A stretch of DNA of 32,000 bases from Chlorobium sp. (GTDB taxonomy: Bacteria; Bacteroidota; Chlorobiia; Chlorobiales; Chlorobiaceae), in contig JANQMO010000045.1 of assembly GCA_028280025.1 (NCBI GenBank), forward strand, positions 4,343 to 36,342. Reading direction: 5' to 3'. Below are positions 22,197 to 31,806 of this stretch, piece after piece. The notes beneath the pieces are model-generated. The model saw nothing but the letters and a program-made list of their open reading frames with translations, did not search any database and was not told where the DNA came from. The translations under genes and the position numbers were made by a program. The first letter of the stretch is position 1. Every line of letters starts with the position of its first letter.

Positions 22197-22448
22197 TAGC
22201 GTATGCCGGTATTGACGAACACAAAACTTTTTTTATATTTTCGAAATTTATTGAAAGACGGCCTGTATGACTGCATTCTTACCCGGAAAACCGGAAGTAC
22301 ACCGTTCGTTCTTTCTGTGAAATCGAAAAGATGCCGTCGCCGTTCATGATTCCGGCCGCCGAACCGGTTACGTTCACCTATCTCCTACGCCTGTTTGCAG
22401 CAAGCATTATGCCTGTAACAAAAAACCTGAATTAACACCTGATACCGT

Positions 22449-22676
22449 ATGTTCTGGAACCTGGACCTTGCAAGGTATATTGCCGATGCACCATGGCCCG
22501 CGACAAAAAATGAACTGATTGACTTCGCGAATCGTACCGGGGCGCCCCAGGCTGTCATCGACAACCTGACCGACCTGCCTGACAGCGACGAATTATATGA
22601 AAGCCTTGAAGAAATCTGGCCTGACTATCCTACAGACGAAGATTTCTGCTATGGGGATGAAGAACCCATAAACTAG
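22449..22676 (+). CDS. DUF2795 domain-containing small protein
   Basis: 75 aa. WPATKNELIDFANRTGAPQAVIDNLTDLP matches the DUF2795 pattern, followed by an acidic tail. Confidence 0.65.
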   Translation: MFWNLDLARYIADAPWPATKNELIDFANRTGAPQAVIDNLTDLPDSDELYESLEEIWPDYPTDEDFCYGDEEPIN

Positions 22677-22692
22677 GAGACTGACACGAAAC

Positions 22693-24878
22693 GTGTTTTT
22701 TTTTCACATACAGCATTTTACCAGCTTTGCGCGGCATTTCTTCTCCTTGCGATTCTCGCCCAGTACTATCGACCTGCATCGTGCATAGCCAGGACTGAAG
22801 ACAATGCCGATACAGCCCAGCCGGTTGTCGTCAAACGCATTTCGATATCCGGGAACAAGGTCATCAGCAAGGACGAAATCCTGGATATCATTTCCACCTC
22901 AAAAAAAGAACCATTCAACGAAGTACTGTTCTCCCGCGATCTCGCCCTGATCAGAAAGCTGTATACCTTCAAAGGATATTTTCTCGCCACAGTTGACGCA
23001 GAGCTCTCCGAACCTGACAAAAAGAACAGGATATCCCTCAGCATCACCATCACGGAAAACACACCCGCGAGGATCGATACCATAAGCCATACAGGGCTTG
23101 ACGCTCTTGACGCCGAACTGAAAAAACAATATCTCGACGACACCGTTCTGAAAAAGGATTCGATCTTCACCGTTGACCACCTGATCGATGAAAGGGACAG
23201 AACCGTTAATTTTTTCAGGGAATACGGCTATTCATTCATGCACGAAGACAGTATTCGCATCCAGATCGACACAACCGCCAATCTTGCAGGGATGCAGGTG
23301 CATACATTCCTTCCTGAAAAGCTTTCCTACGGCCCTGTAGCGGTTTTCGTCCATGACAGGAACAAAAACCTGCCGGTTCGGGAAACGTTCAAAGAGGACT
23401 CCCTGAGCATCACGTTTCAGGGACGGCCCAAACTCTCACGCAAACTCATCAGGAATTATACAGCCGTTCGATCAGGAAGCATCACACAGCAATCGAAGGA
23501 AAGAGAAACGCTTCAGAATTTCGGATCGACCAATGTTTTTTCTTCGGTCTTCATCAGAAAAGATTCGGTCAGGGCAGGAAAACTCTACACCTCTCTTCAT
23601 CTTGAACCGAAACCCAGATACCTGATCGAACCGAGACTCTTTTTCGATAACCGTTACGGAAGCCTTTTTCTTGGTGGTGCCGTCGCCTTTGAAAACAGCA
23701 ACCTTTTTGGCGGAGGAGAAAACCTCATCTTCAAAACCGATTTCGGAACGCAGCTCAGCAGCTCCAGCGACCTGTTGAAAAACATCGATGAAAGCCTCTA
23801 TACAAAATACCGCCCCTATGAGCTCGGCATATCGGCAAACATCTCAAAACCTGCTCCGAAGCATCCCGGAAACTACTATACAGGAACCCTGGAGTACTCC
23901 CGATCCCGGCTGCCGATCCTCCTTGACAACCAGAAAGGGCTGCTTCGTCTGAGCTACAACGCGCAGCTCTCGCCCTCGTCGCGATTGAATTTCGATTTCT
24001 TCGAGCTCGAAATGGTCAAGAAAGACTCTCTTGACGGCTTCAGGGAGCTGTTCATCACAGACCTTGCCGAAAATATCGGCGTCGATCCTTCCGATCCCTC
24101 CGATGTAGCCGGAAGTCTTGACAGCCTGCTGCAGACCAATCTCAACCAGGGATTCCGTCTCCAGTACTACGATTCAAACCAGGATGATCCTGACCGGAAA
24201 ACAACCTATACCTGGAATATAAGCTTCGAGGAAGTCGGAGGTCTTGTCTATCTGATCGACAAGTATCTGGACACAAAAAGCTATAATGGCTTTACCGATG
24301 ACGATCCCCAGATACTGGGCACTCCGTACTCGCAGTTTGTCAAAGCAAGCGGCCAGTTCACCTTCAGCCGGGATATCACGGAAACACAACAGCTTGCGGG
24401 CAGGATTTTTCTTGGCGCAATGACCCCTTACGGCAAGGCGGACGCAACTCCCGACGATCGCCGATTTTACGCCGGCGGACCCAACAGTATGCGCGGCTGG
24501 CTCTTCAACACCCTTGGACCTGCCGACAACCCGAGCAGTGCATCGGCAACCCTCGGTGCTGACATTAAAGTCGAAGCGAACCTCGAGTACCGTGTCAAAT
24601 TCTTCAAACTGTTCGGCCAGCCCTCAGGCGTTGCCGTGTTTACCGATATCGGAAACATATGGGACCGTAGCGGACCCTATGCGCTGACGTTGAAATCCCT
24701 CTATACCGATTTTGCCTGGGATGCGGGTGTAGGCCTCCGGCTCGGTTCACCGATAGGGCCGTTCCGCTTCGATTTCGGATACAAGCTCTACGATCCCACC
24801 ATGAGCAACAAGTGGCAGGCAGGCAACTGGGATATAGCGGACTTCACGTTCAACTTCGGTATCGGGGAGGCATTTTAG
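22693..24878 (+). CDS. Omp85/BamA-TamA family outer-membrane protein (POTRA plus surface-antigen D15 beta-barrel); start unresolved, see findings
   Basis: The frame is open from 22677 to 24878. Hand translation of 22677-23237 gives a signal-peptide-like segment and POTRA sequence (VVKRISISGNKVISKDEILDIIS...LYTFKGYFLATVDAE...TENTPARIDTISHTG). The barrel part carries RFYAGGPNSMRGW and a terminal Phe (GIGEAF). The only in-frame ATG/GTG/TTG is at 23238; GTG 22693 is out of frame by one T in a T9 run. Confidence 0.75.
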
Positions 24879-24908
24879 CACAAATCAGACAGCCAATACA
24901 CATCGATC

Positions 24909-25574
24909 ATGCAAAACACAACCACTCTTCTTGCGCCGTCAATTCTTTCGGCGGACTTCACGAAACTTGCAGAATCTGTTGCACTCGCTGAAAAAGCAGG
25001 AGCAGACTGGATCCACTGCGACGTCATGGACGGCCATTTTGTCCCCAACATATCGTTCGGCCCGTTCATCGTCAAAGCTGTGGCTCAGTGCACCGGCCTT
25101 ACCATCGACACCCACCTCATGATATCGGATCCGGACACCTACATCCCTGATTTCATAAAAGCCGGTTCGCACCAGGTAACGGTCCATCAGGAAACCTGCG
25201 CCCATCTTCACAGAAGCATACAACTTATCAGGAGTCTCGGTGCAAAGGCAGGGGTCTCGATCAACCCGGCAACGCCGGTCTCGACACTTGAATCGATCAT
25301 GCCGGACCTCGACCTTGTTCTGCTCATGTCGGTCAACCCGGGATTCGGAGGCCAGAAGTTCATCCCAGCCTCCCTTGAAAAAGTCGAGCAGCTTCACGCA
25401 ATGCGCAACAAACGCAACCCGAACATGCTGATCGCGGTTGACGGGGGGGTGACCGTGGACAATGCCGAAGATCTTGTGTCCAGGGGAGCCGATGCCCTGA
25501 TTGCCGGAACGGCTTTCTTCAAGGCTGAAAATCCGGCAGAAGCGGCAAAAATAATCAAATCTGCTTCCAGGTAA
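24909..25574 (+). CDS. rpe: Ribulose-phosphate 3-epimerase
   Basis: [15 protein letters not shown]...[22 protein letters not shown] and [12 protein letters not shown] are Rpe signatures; 221 aa. Confidence 0.93.
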   Translation: MQNTTTLLAPSILSADFTKLAESVALAEKAGADWIHCDVMDGHFVPNISFGPFIVKAVAQCTGLTIDTHLMISDPDTYIPDFIKAGSHQVTVHQETCAHLHRSIQLIRSLGAKAGVSINPATPVSTLESIMPDLDLVLLMSVNPGFGGQKFIPASLEKVEQLHAMRNKRNPNMLIAVDGGVTVDNAEDLVSRGADALIAGTAFFKAENPAEAAKIIKSASR

Positions 25575-26331
25575 ACTGCTGCAATTCCTGACCGATAAGG
25601 CCTTCACCGATCAGGACGGCATCAAACGATGCCTCCTGCATCACCTCGACATCCTTTGCACGCTTCAGGCCGCTTTCGGCAACGGCGACAACGTCCTCCG
25701 GAATAAACGGCCTGAGTTGCAGAGAGGTTTCAAGCGAGACGGTAAAATCCCTGAGGTTGCGGTTGTTGATCCCGATAAGGGAAGCACCGGCGCCCAGTGC
25801 GCAATCAAGCTCCGCACGATCATGCACCTCGACCAGCGCGTCAAGTCCTGTCTCACCTGAAAGCTCGAGATAATCCCTGAGTTGAAAAGGGTCGAGCGCC
25901 GCAACGATAAGCAGGAGTGCGTCAGCTCCTATCAGCCTCGTTTCGTATATCTGGGACTCGTCGATGATGAAGTCCTTTCGAAGAACAGGCAGATCATATG
26001 CCCTGCTCACCTGCTGAAGATAGTCGTTCGACCCCTGAAAAAAATTCCGGTCGGTCAGAACCGAAAACGCTGCCGCCCCCAGAGCGGCATATCGCCCGGC
26101 TATATCGAGAGGCTGAAAATCTTCAACCAGAACCCCCCTTGACGGTGAAGCCTTTTTTACTTCCGCAATCAGCCGAATACGTCCGGAGTTCCCTTGCAGG
26201 GCCTTTTTGAATCCCCGCGGCGACGGCAGCTCTCGCAGGCAGTCCCGGTAACGGGCTTCAGGGTGTTCATGCCGCAGAGCCTCGACCTCGCCTTTCTTGT
26301 ATGCAAGTATGTCGGTCAGGCAGGTACTCAT
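25555..26331 (-). CDS. trpC: Indole-3-glycerol phosphate synthase
   Basis: [10 protein letters not shown]..., [26 protein letters not shown] and [10 protein letters not shown] match IGPS; 258 aa. Confidence 0.92.
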   Translation of the reverse strand: MSTCLTDILAYKKGEVEALRHEHPEARYRDCLRELPSPRGFKKALQGNSGRIRLIAEVKKASPSRGVLVEDFQPLDIAGRYAALGAAAFSVLTDRNFFQGSNDYLQQVSRAYDLPVLRKDFIIDESQIYETRLIGADALLLIVAALDPFQLRDYLELSGETGLDALVEVHDRAELDCALGAGASLIGINNRNLRDFTVSLETSLQLRPFIPEDVVAVAESGLKRAKDVEVMQEASFDAVLIGEGLIGQELQQFTWKQI

Positions 26332-27812
26332 GAAGACACCGATCCGGCGGCGGCTCTCAATTCGTTTTCAAACTCGACAATCTGCCGGATATTGTCGAGG
26401 AACCATGGATCGATCCCTGTAGACTGGGAAATTTCCTCTACTGTCGCACCGGCCTGGAAAGCGTAACGGAGATAAAAAATCCTGTCTGCCTTGGGAATCC
26501 TGATTTTTTCCAGAAGGTCTTCCTTTGCGAACTTTTTCTGGTGAGGAGGCATATCGACCACGTTCATCATATCCTTGCCGTCACATCCGAGACCGCCCCG
26601 GCCGATCTCAAGACCCCGCAGCGATTTCTGCAACGCTTCACGGAAGTTCCTGCCGAAAGCCATGACCTCTCCGACAGACTTCATCTGGACACCCAGCCGC
26701 GCATCGACATTCTTGAACTTTTCGAAATCCCATCGGGGCACTTTGACAACACAGTAATCGATAACCGGTTCAAAACTTGCAGGGGTCGACTTTGTTATAT
26801 CGTTCTGGATTTCATCGAGCGTGTAACCGACCGCAAGTTTTGCAGCCACCTTGGCTATAGGGAAACCTGTTGCCTTCGACGCAAGCGCCGAACTGCGGGA
26901 CACCCTGGGATTCATCTCGATAACGATAACCCTTCCGTTTTCCGGGTTGATGGCAAACTGGATGTTGCTCCCGCCGGTTTCCACCCCGATTTCACGGATG
27001 ATCTTGATCGAGGCATCCCTGAGTTCCTGGTACTGTTTATCCGAGAGCGTCTGGGCAGGAGCAACCGTGATGCTGTCGCCTGTATGGACACCCATCGGAT
27101 CGACGTTTTCAATGGAACAGACGATTATAACGTTGTCGGCAAGGTCACGAATCACCTCGAGCTCGAATTCCTTCCAGCCTATAAGGCACTCTTCGACGAG
27201 CACTTCCCCGATAGGGCTCTCGGCAATACCTCTCCTGACCGCGTCGTAATAGTCCGCCTTTGTTTCGGCAAATCCACCCCCTGTCCCTCCAAGCGTGAAC
27301 GAAGGACGGATCACGATGGGAAGACCGATTTCCTCAAGCGCTTCCTTGGCTTCTTTCTCGTTACGAACAAAGAAACCCCTGGCCATCTCGAGCCCGAGCT
27401 TCTTCATTGCGTCGCTGAAAAACTCCCGGTTCTCGGCTTTTCGTATCGCCCTGAGCTTTGCGCCGATCAGTTCAACGCCGTTGCGCTCAAGCACACCGCT
27501 CTCGGCAAGGCTTACCGCCGTGTTCAGGGCGGTCTGCCCTCCCATTGTCGGGAGCAGTGCGTCAGGCTTTTCCTTCTCTATGATTTTCCGGACATAGTCT
27601 GGTGTTATCGGCTCTATGTAGGTACTGTCGGCAAACTCGATATCGGTCATGATGGTTGCCGGGTTGCTGTTGACCAGAACAACCCTGTAACCGTCATCCT
27701 TGAGAGCCTTGCAGGCCTGGGTACCGGAATAATCGAACTCACACGCCTGACCGATCACGATAGGCCCGGCACCAATGACCAGAATCGACTTGATATCTTT
27801 CCGTTTTGGCAC
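26328..27812 (-). CDS. carB: Carbamoyl-phosphate synthase large subunit, N-terminal half only (split carB)
   Basis: [57 protein letters not shown] and GGQTALN form the first ATP-grasp module. The ORF stops after 494 aa, and its TGA overlaps the trpC ATG (ATGA). Confidence 0.88.
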   Translation of the reverse strand: MPKRKDIKSILVIGAGPIVIGQACEFDYSGTQACKALKDDGYRVVLVNSNPATIMTDIEFADSTYIEPITPDYVRKIIEKEKPDALLPTMGGQTALNTAVSLAESGVLERNGVELIGAKLRAIRKAENREFFSDAMKKLGLEMARGFFVRNEKEAKEALEEIGLPIVIRPSFTLGGTGGGFAETKADYYDAVRRGIAESPIGEVLVEECLIGWKEFELEVIRDLADNVIIVCSIENVDPMGVHTGDSITVAPAQTLSDKQYQELRDASIKIIREIGVETGGSNIQFAINPENGRVIVIEMNPRVSRSSALASKATGFPIAKVAAKLAVGYTLDEIQNDITKSTPASFEPVIDYCVVKVPRWDFEKFKNVDARLGVQMKSVGEVMAFGRNFREALQKSLRGLEIGRGGLGCDGKDMMNVVDMPPHQKKFAKEDLLEKIRIPKADRIFYLRYAFQAGATVEEISQSTGIDPWFLDNIRQIVEFENELRAAAGSVSS

Positions 27813-27877
27813 TTGTATTCAGAATTTCATTCTTTCTTGAAATGAGCTTTACCGATGGTAATGTAAAAAAAATGCCG

Positions 27878-28309
27878 CTACTCCACCACCTTGATCGTCT
27901 CCTGGTGAAATCCCCTGTCATCCCGCCGATACCACGCGGTTACGCCGGCCGGCTGCCGGTGCTGAACAGAGATGATGATCATGGAATCACCGGGCCGGGC
28001 AAAATCGATGTCGCTGTTTGACGGCACCGCCGCTGTACCCATATGGGAGTGGCAGGAGCCGAGAATTGTATACCCGAGGCTGGCAGCCTCACGCTCGACC
28101 TCGATAAATTCCGAAAAGGAGATCTCAAAACCGTGCTCGCGTCCGCTGTAGAGGACATTGACGCAGGGAGCGACTTCATAGACAATATTCTCGAACCCGC
28201 CCTTCTTGTCCGGCTTTCGAATCCCGGCAAGAAGACCACAGCATTCATAAGGAAGTTCCCGTAACGCCTGTTCCTGGATTATTTCAAACTGTCTTCGAGG
28301 CAAATGCAT
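27878..28309 (-). CDS. JAMM/MPN+ (Mov34) family metalloprotease
   Basis: PYECCGLL supplies the upstream Glu, and HSHMGTAAVPSNSD matches H-x-H-x7-S-x2-D exactly; 143 aa. Confidence 0.8.
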   Translation of the reverse strand: MHLPRRQFEIIQEQALRELPYECCGLLAGIRKPDKKGGFENIVYEVAPCVNVLYSGREHGFEISFSEFIEVEREAASLGYTILGSCHSHMGTAAVPSNSDIDFARPGDSMIIISVQHRQPAGVTAWYRRDDRGFHQETIKVVE

Positions 28310-28324
28310 GGAAAATACTGTCAG

Positions 28325-29608
28325 TCATGAGAAAGCCTTAGCCCCGATGTCACGACGATAGTACATACCGTCAAAGGAGATGTACCCTGCCGCCAGATAA
28401 GCGCGGTCGATGCTTTCTTTCAGGGTCGGTGCGGTAGCCGTGACCGCAAGCACTCTTCCGCCCGATGTCCTGAGCGTCGTGCCGTCGAACGTGGTACCGG
28501 CATGGAAAAGAACGACATCGTCATATGTTTTCAGCTTTTCGTCCATGACGATCTCCCTGCCTTTTACGTAACTGCCCGGATACCCTCCCGAAGCAAGAAC
28601 CACGGTGGTTGCCGCACCGTCTTTCATTTTGAAGGGAGCATCACCGAGCGCCCCCTGGAGAGATGCCTCGAGAAGAGTAATCAGGTCACTTTCCAAGAGC
28701 GGCAGAACAACCTGTGCTTCGGGGTCCCCGAGACGCGCATTGTATTCGACGACCGACGGTTCACCGCTTTGGTCAATCATAAGGCCGATATAGAGAAACC
28801 CTTTGTACGGCATCCCTTCCGTCCTCATCCCTTCGAGGGTAGGAACAACGATTCGCGCTTCGACTTTTTTCAGAACTTCTCCGCTGACAAGAGGCGCGGG
28901 GGCATACGCCCCCATACCGCCGGTGTTTTTGCCTGTATCATCCTCTCCGATACGCTTATGGTCCTGTGAAGGCAGAAAAAACCGGTAAGACGTACCGTCG
29001 GTGACGGCAAAAACGCTCGCTTCCTGTCCTGTCAGAAAGGCTTCGATGACAACTTCATCGGCAGCATCGCCAAACACCCTTCTGTTGAAAAGGTCGTCAA
29101 TCGCCTGCAATGCTTCCTCACGGTTTTCAGCAACAATAACACCTTTTCCGGCAGCCAGGCCGCTTGCCTTGATAACCTGGGGATACACCGAAGCCGTCTC
29201 CAGAAAATCCTTTGCCGGACCATACTCCCTGAACACTTCGTACGACGCGGTCGGAATGGCGTGGCGGCGCATGAAATCCTTTGCAAAAACCTTGCTGGTC
29301 TCGAGCTGCGCAGCCCTTCTGGTCGGTCCGAACACGGGCAGACCGGCACCGCTGAAGGCATCCACGATACCTTTTTCAAGAGGTTGTTCAGGCCCGATAA
29401 CCGTGAGACCCAGAGACTCGCTACGGGCAAAACCGAGAAGGCCCTCGACATCCGTGGCATCGAAGCCGACATTCTCCACTTTGCCGCCCATGGTTGCCGT
29501 CCCGCCGTTTCCGGGAGCGACATAGACTTTCGTGACTCTTTCACTGCGGGCAGCTGCCCAGGCAAGGGCATGCTCTCTTCCGCCCCCGCCGACAATCAAC
29601 ACCTTCAT
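28325..29608 (-). CDS. purD: Phosphoribosylamine--glycine ligase
   Basis: MKVLIVGGGGREHALAW, an ATP-grasp core, GGMGAY and the C-terminal RRDIG are all typical of PurD; 427 aa. Confidence 0.94.
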   Translation of the reverse strand: MKVLIVGGGGREHALAWAAARSERVTKVYVAPGNGGTATMGGKVENVGFDATDVEGLLGFARSESLGLTVIGPEQPLEKGIVDAFSGAGLPVFGPTRRAAQLETSKVFAKDFMRRHAIPTASYEVFREYGPAKDFLETASVYPQVIKASGLAAGKGVIVAENREEALQAIDDLFNRRVFGDAADEVVIEAFLTGQEASVFAVTDGTSYRFFLPSQDHKRIGEDDTGKNTGGMGAYAPAPLVSGEVLKKVEARIVVPTLEGMRTEGMPYKGFLYIGLMIDQSGEPSVVEYNARLGDPEAQVVLPLLESDLITLLEASLQGALGDAPFKMKDGAATTVVLASGGYPGSYVKGREIVMDEKLKTYDDVVLFHAGTTFDGTTLRTSGGRVLAVTATAPTLKESIDRAYLAAGYISFDGMYYRRDIGAKAFS

Positions 29609-29890
29609 GACATGTGTTTCACGTGGTTATCAAGCTTGTTCGAACAAACTATATAAGGCAGGCGGGACAAAATACAAACAAAAAAATCTCCTTCAATTGA
29701 ACCCTGCTCCTCCTGGAGAGGCAAAGTGAATCAGTTGGCATCAGTGACTTAAACCGGGTTCCTGCGGCAGAAGCGCCCGGACTCGAAATAACGGTGACTT
29801 TTACTACATTTCCGGTAACAAACACCCTGCCGATGTTTACACAGTTCTGCTGCAGGGATTTGAACGAACAGATCATCAACCGTCCTGAGT

Positions 29891-30529
29891 ATGCCGCTTC
29901 TTCCATTGCTTTCCGGGCTCATTCTACCCGGCATACTCAAAACCCTCGTTCTGACCCTCAAGGTGAGCGTCGATGACCGGACGATTGAAAAAGAACGGAA
30001 TGACGGCAGCGTCCTGTTCGCTTTCTGGCATGGCAAAATGATCTACGGATGGCTGCTTGCCCGAAAACTGTTTCCCCGTCGCGACATCCATGCTGTTGTC
30101 AGCCTTTCCAAAGACGGTGAAATCCTCTCGCGTACACTCCATGGCCTTGGGTTCTGTCTTATCCGGGGATCGAGCTCGAGAGGAAGCGGCAGCGTGAAAG
30201 AGGCAATGAACCGGGAACTCGACAAGAACGGCATAATCGCCGTTACCCCCGACGGTCCGCGCGGACCGCTGCACTCATTCAAGTACGGAACCCTCCACCT
30301 TGCATCCCAGCGCGGCATTCCGATCATTTTCGCTTCCATACAGTACAGCAACGCGATCGAGCTCAAAAGCTGGGACCATTTCGAAATCCCGCTGCCTTTC
30401 AGCAGGGTGACCCTTACGCTTCATCGTATCGAGGTTCCGGCAATGAAAAACGAGGAAGACCTTGCCGCTTACGAGCACCGGCTTTCGAAACATCTTGCCG
30501 ATGACCGGACCGGGAAACATCATGCTTGA
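29891..30529 (+). CDS. DUF374 / lysophospholipid-acyltransferase-like protein commonly linked to Kdo/lipid A genes
   Basis: An N-terminal hydrophobic segment, then LFAFWHGKM...SKDGEILSRTL..GFCLIRGSSSRGG-like...AVTPDGPRGP, the conserved DUF374 core. It overlaps the lpxK start. Confidence 0.7.
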   Translation: MPLLPLLSGLILPGILKTLVLTLKVSVDDRTIEKERNDGSVLFAFWHGKMIYGWLLARKLFPRRDIHAVVSLSKDGEILSRTLHGLGFCLIRGSSSRGSGSVKEAMNRELDKNGIIAVTPDGPRGPLHSFKYGTLHLASQRGIPIIFASIQYSNAIELKSWDHFEIPLPFSRVTLTLHRIEVPAMKNEEDLAAYEHRLSKHLADDRTGKHHA

Positions 30530-31598
30530 AGCTGCAGCCATGTTTTATAGAACAGTCATCGATATCAGGAACCGGTTGTACGACCTCGGCTTTTTCAAGA
30601 GCCACAACGCCGGCATCCCGACGGTTTCCATCGGCAATATCACGGCAGGAGGAACCGGAAAAACGCCTTTGGTTGACTTTGCGGCCAAACACTACTCCCG
30701 AAACGGCCTGAAGCCCGCGATTCTCTCACGCGGCTACAAACGAAACACAAAAGGCGTCAGGCTGGTATCGGACGGCAAACAGGTCTTTCTGGGAGCGCGC
30801 GACGCCGGGGACGAGTGCACCATGCTTGCCCATGGCAATCCCGGTACCATTGTGGTCGTCGCCGAACAAAGGAAAGCGGGAGCCGACTATATCGCCGAAC
30901 AGTTTGCCGGGGAACTCCCGGATGTTGTTCTGCTCGACGACGCTTTTCAGCACCGCCGGCTCAACCGCGACCTCGATATCGTTGTCATCAGCAGTACGAC
31001 CCCCTTTTACGACGACAAGCTTCTCCCCTGGGGAAGACTGCGGGAACCGGTGCGCGGCATAAACCGTGCACATCTTCTCGTCCTGAGCAAGGTCAAGGAC
31101 CGGCAGCACGTATCAGAACTTGAAGAAAAACTGCGAAAAACAGGCAAACCCCTGATCATAACCGGGGTGCGTCCCGGAAAACTGGTCCCGATCGGCGATT
31201 CGGACAGGCAGACACCCGGAAAAGTCATCGCGCTTGCAGGAATAGGACAACCTGAAGGATTCATCACCTCTCTGCGGGAGAGCGGTCTGGAGGTGTCTCT
31301 GAAAGCGTTTTTCCCCGACCACGCGGACTTTCCGAACCATGCGATAAAAAAGCTTGTCGAGCAGGCTGAACGGGAAAACCTGTCTCTTGTGACGACCGAA
31401 AAAGATTATTACCGGTTCCGGGACAACGAAACGCTCCTACCAACAATGGCAAAAGTTCCCTGTTTCTACCTCCCTGTCAGCATAACGATACTCGAAGGAC
31501 AGGAACTGCTGGAGCGGATGCTCGATAGTGTAGTGGAAGAGAGGAGCAAGGAGCCAGTAGCAAGAGCAGAGAGTGGGGAGAAGAATCGTGATTCGTGA
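30522..31598 (+). CDS. lpxK: Tetraacyldisaccharide 4'-kinase
   Basis: P-loop GNITAGGTGKTP, ILSRGYKR, GDE and LLDDAFQHRRL motifs. The start is ATG 30522 or 30540 (the track's 30462 lies inside the upstream gene). The last ~21 codons lie in heptamer repeats. Confidence 0.88.
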   Translation: MLEAAAMFYRTVIDIRNRLYDLGFFKSHNAGIPTVSIGNITAGGTGKTPLVDFAAKHYSRNGLKPAILSRGYKRNTKGVRLVSDGKQVFLGARDAGDECTMLAHGNPGTIVVVAEQRKAGADYIAEQFAGELPDVVLLDDAFQHRRLNRDLDIVVISSTTPFYDDKLLPWGRLREPVRGINRAHLLVLSKVKDRQHVSELEEKLRKTGKPLIITGVRPGKLVPIGDSDRQTPGKVIALAGIGQPEGFITSLRESGLEVSLKAFFPDHADFPNHAIKKLVEQAERENLSLVTTEKDYYRFRDNETLLPTMAKVPCFYLPVSITILEGQELLERMLDSVVEERSKEPVARAESGEKNRDS

Positions 31599-31806
31599 AT
31601 GGTGGGAATGTGGCAGATTTGCAGATACTATTATAGGTCCTATAGGACTCATATGACCTATAGGACCTATATAATTCCCTCAAATGTATCTGATATCGTC
31701 ACACCTCAACAAAACAATCATTCTCTCCGAATACCGAGTACCAAACAATTCAACAGTTAAACAAATCAACGATTCAACAACTCCACTCAACAGTTCAACA
31801 ACCTCC
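31535..31806. repeat. Mosaic short-tandem-repeat element, copy C (core inverted relative to copy A)
   Basis: Heptamers stay in one continuous 7-nt phase over 31535-31613: (AGNAGNN)x6-7, (AWTCGTG/AATGGTG)x3, then GGAATGT. They are followed by nonamers (TATAGGWCC-type) at 31632-31667, CGARTAC x2 at 31728-31741, and octamers (TCAACANN)x~8 at 31742-31806. Segment 31621-31737 is ~90% identical by eye to the reverse complement of 14107-14222. Confidence 0.85.

Noticed and set aside
22449-24878. DUF2795 and the Omp85-like gene share one reading frame interrupted only by TAG 22674-22676, raising possible stop-codon readthrough or a fusion protein
   Set aside because: Sharing a frame has a 1 in 3 chance. 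A cytoplasmic-looking acidic DUF2795 domain fused ahead of a signal peptide makes no topological sense.
26541-27845. 434-aa ORF on the plus strand
   Set aside because: Antisense shadow of the carB N-terminal half. It has no domain signature and an R/H/D-rich composition.
29636-29647. 12-bp perfect palindrome TTGTTCGAACAA 28 nt upstream of purD
   Set aside because: Several 12-bp perfect palindromes are expected by chance in 32 kb (about 32000/4^6, roughly 8). There is no second copy and no known operator match.
29609-29890. Purine or ZTP riboswitch upstream of purD (the minus strand contains CCCGCCTGCC)
   Set aside because: The conserved cores are absent: no purine-riboswitch three-way junction sequence, and no ZTP GGGTCGTGAC...CCGCCTGGGC pairing. 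This is only a partial chance resemblance.
14107-31737. Composite transposon or mobile island bounded by the inverted element copies A and C
   Set aside because: The enclosed 17 kb is essential housekeeping (lpxC-fabZ, ruvC, polA, bamA-like, purD, lpxK and others). There is no transposase or integrase and no target-site duplication that I could see. Only the inversion-substrate idea is retained.
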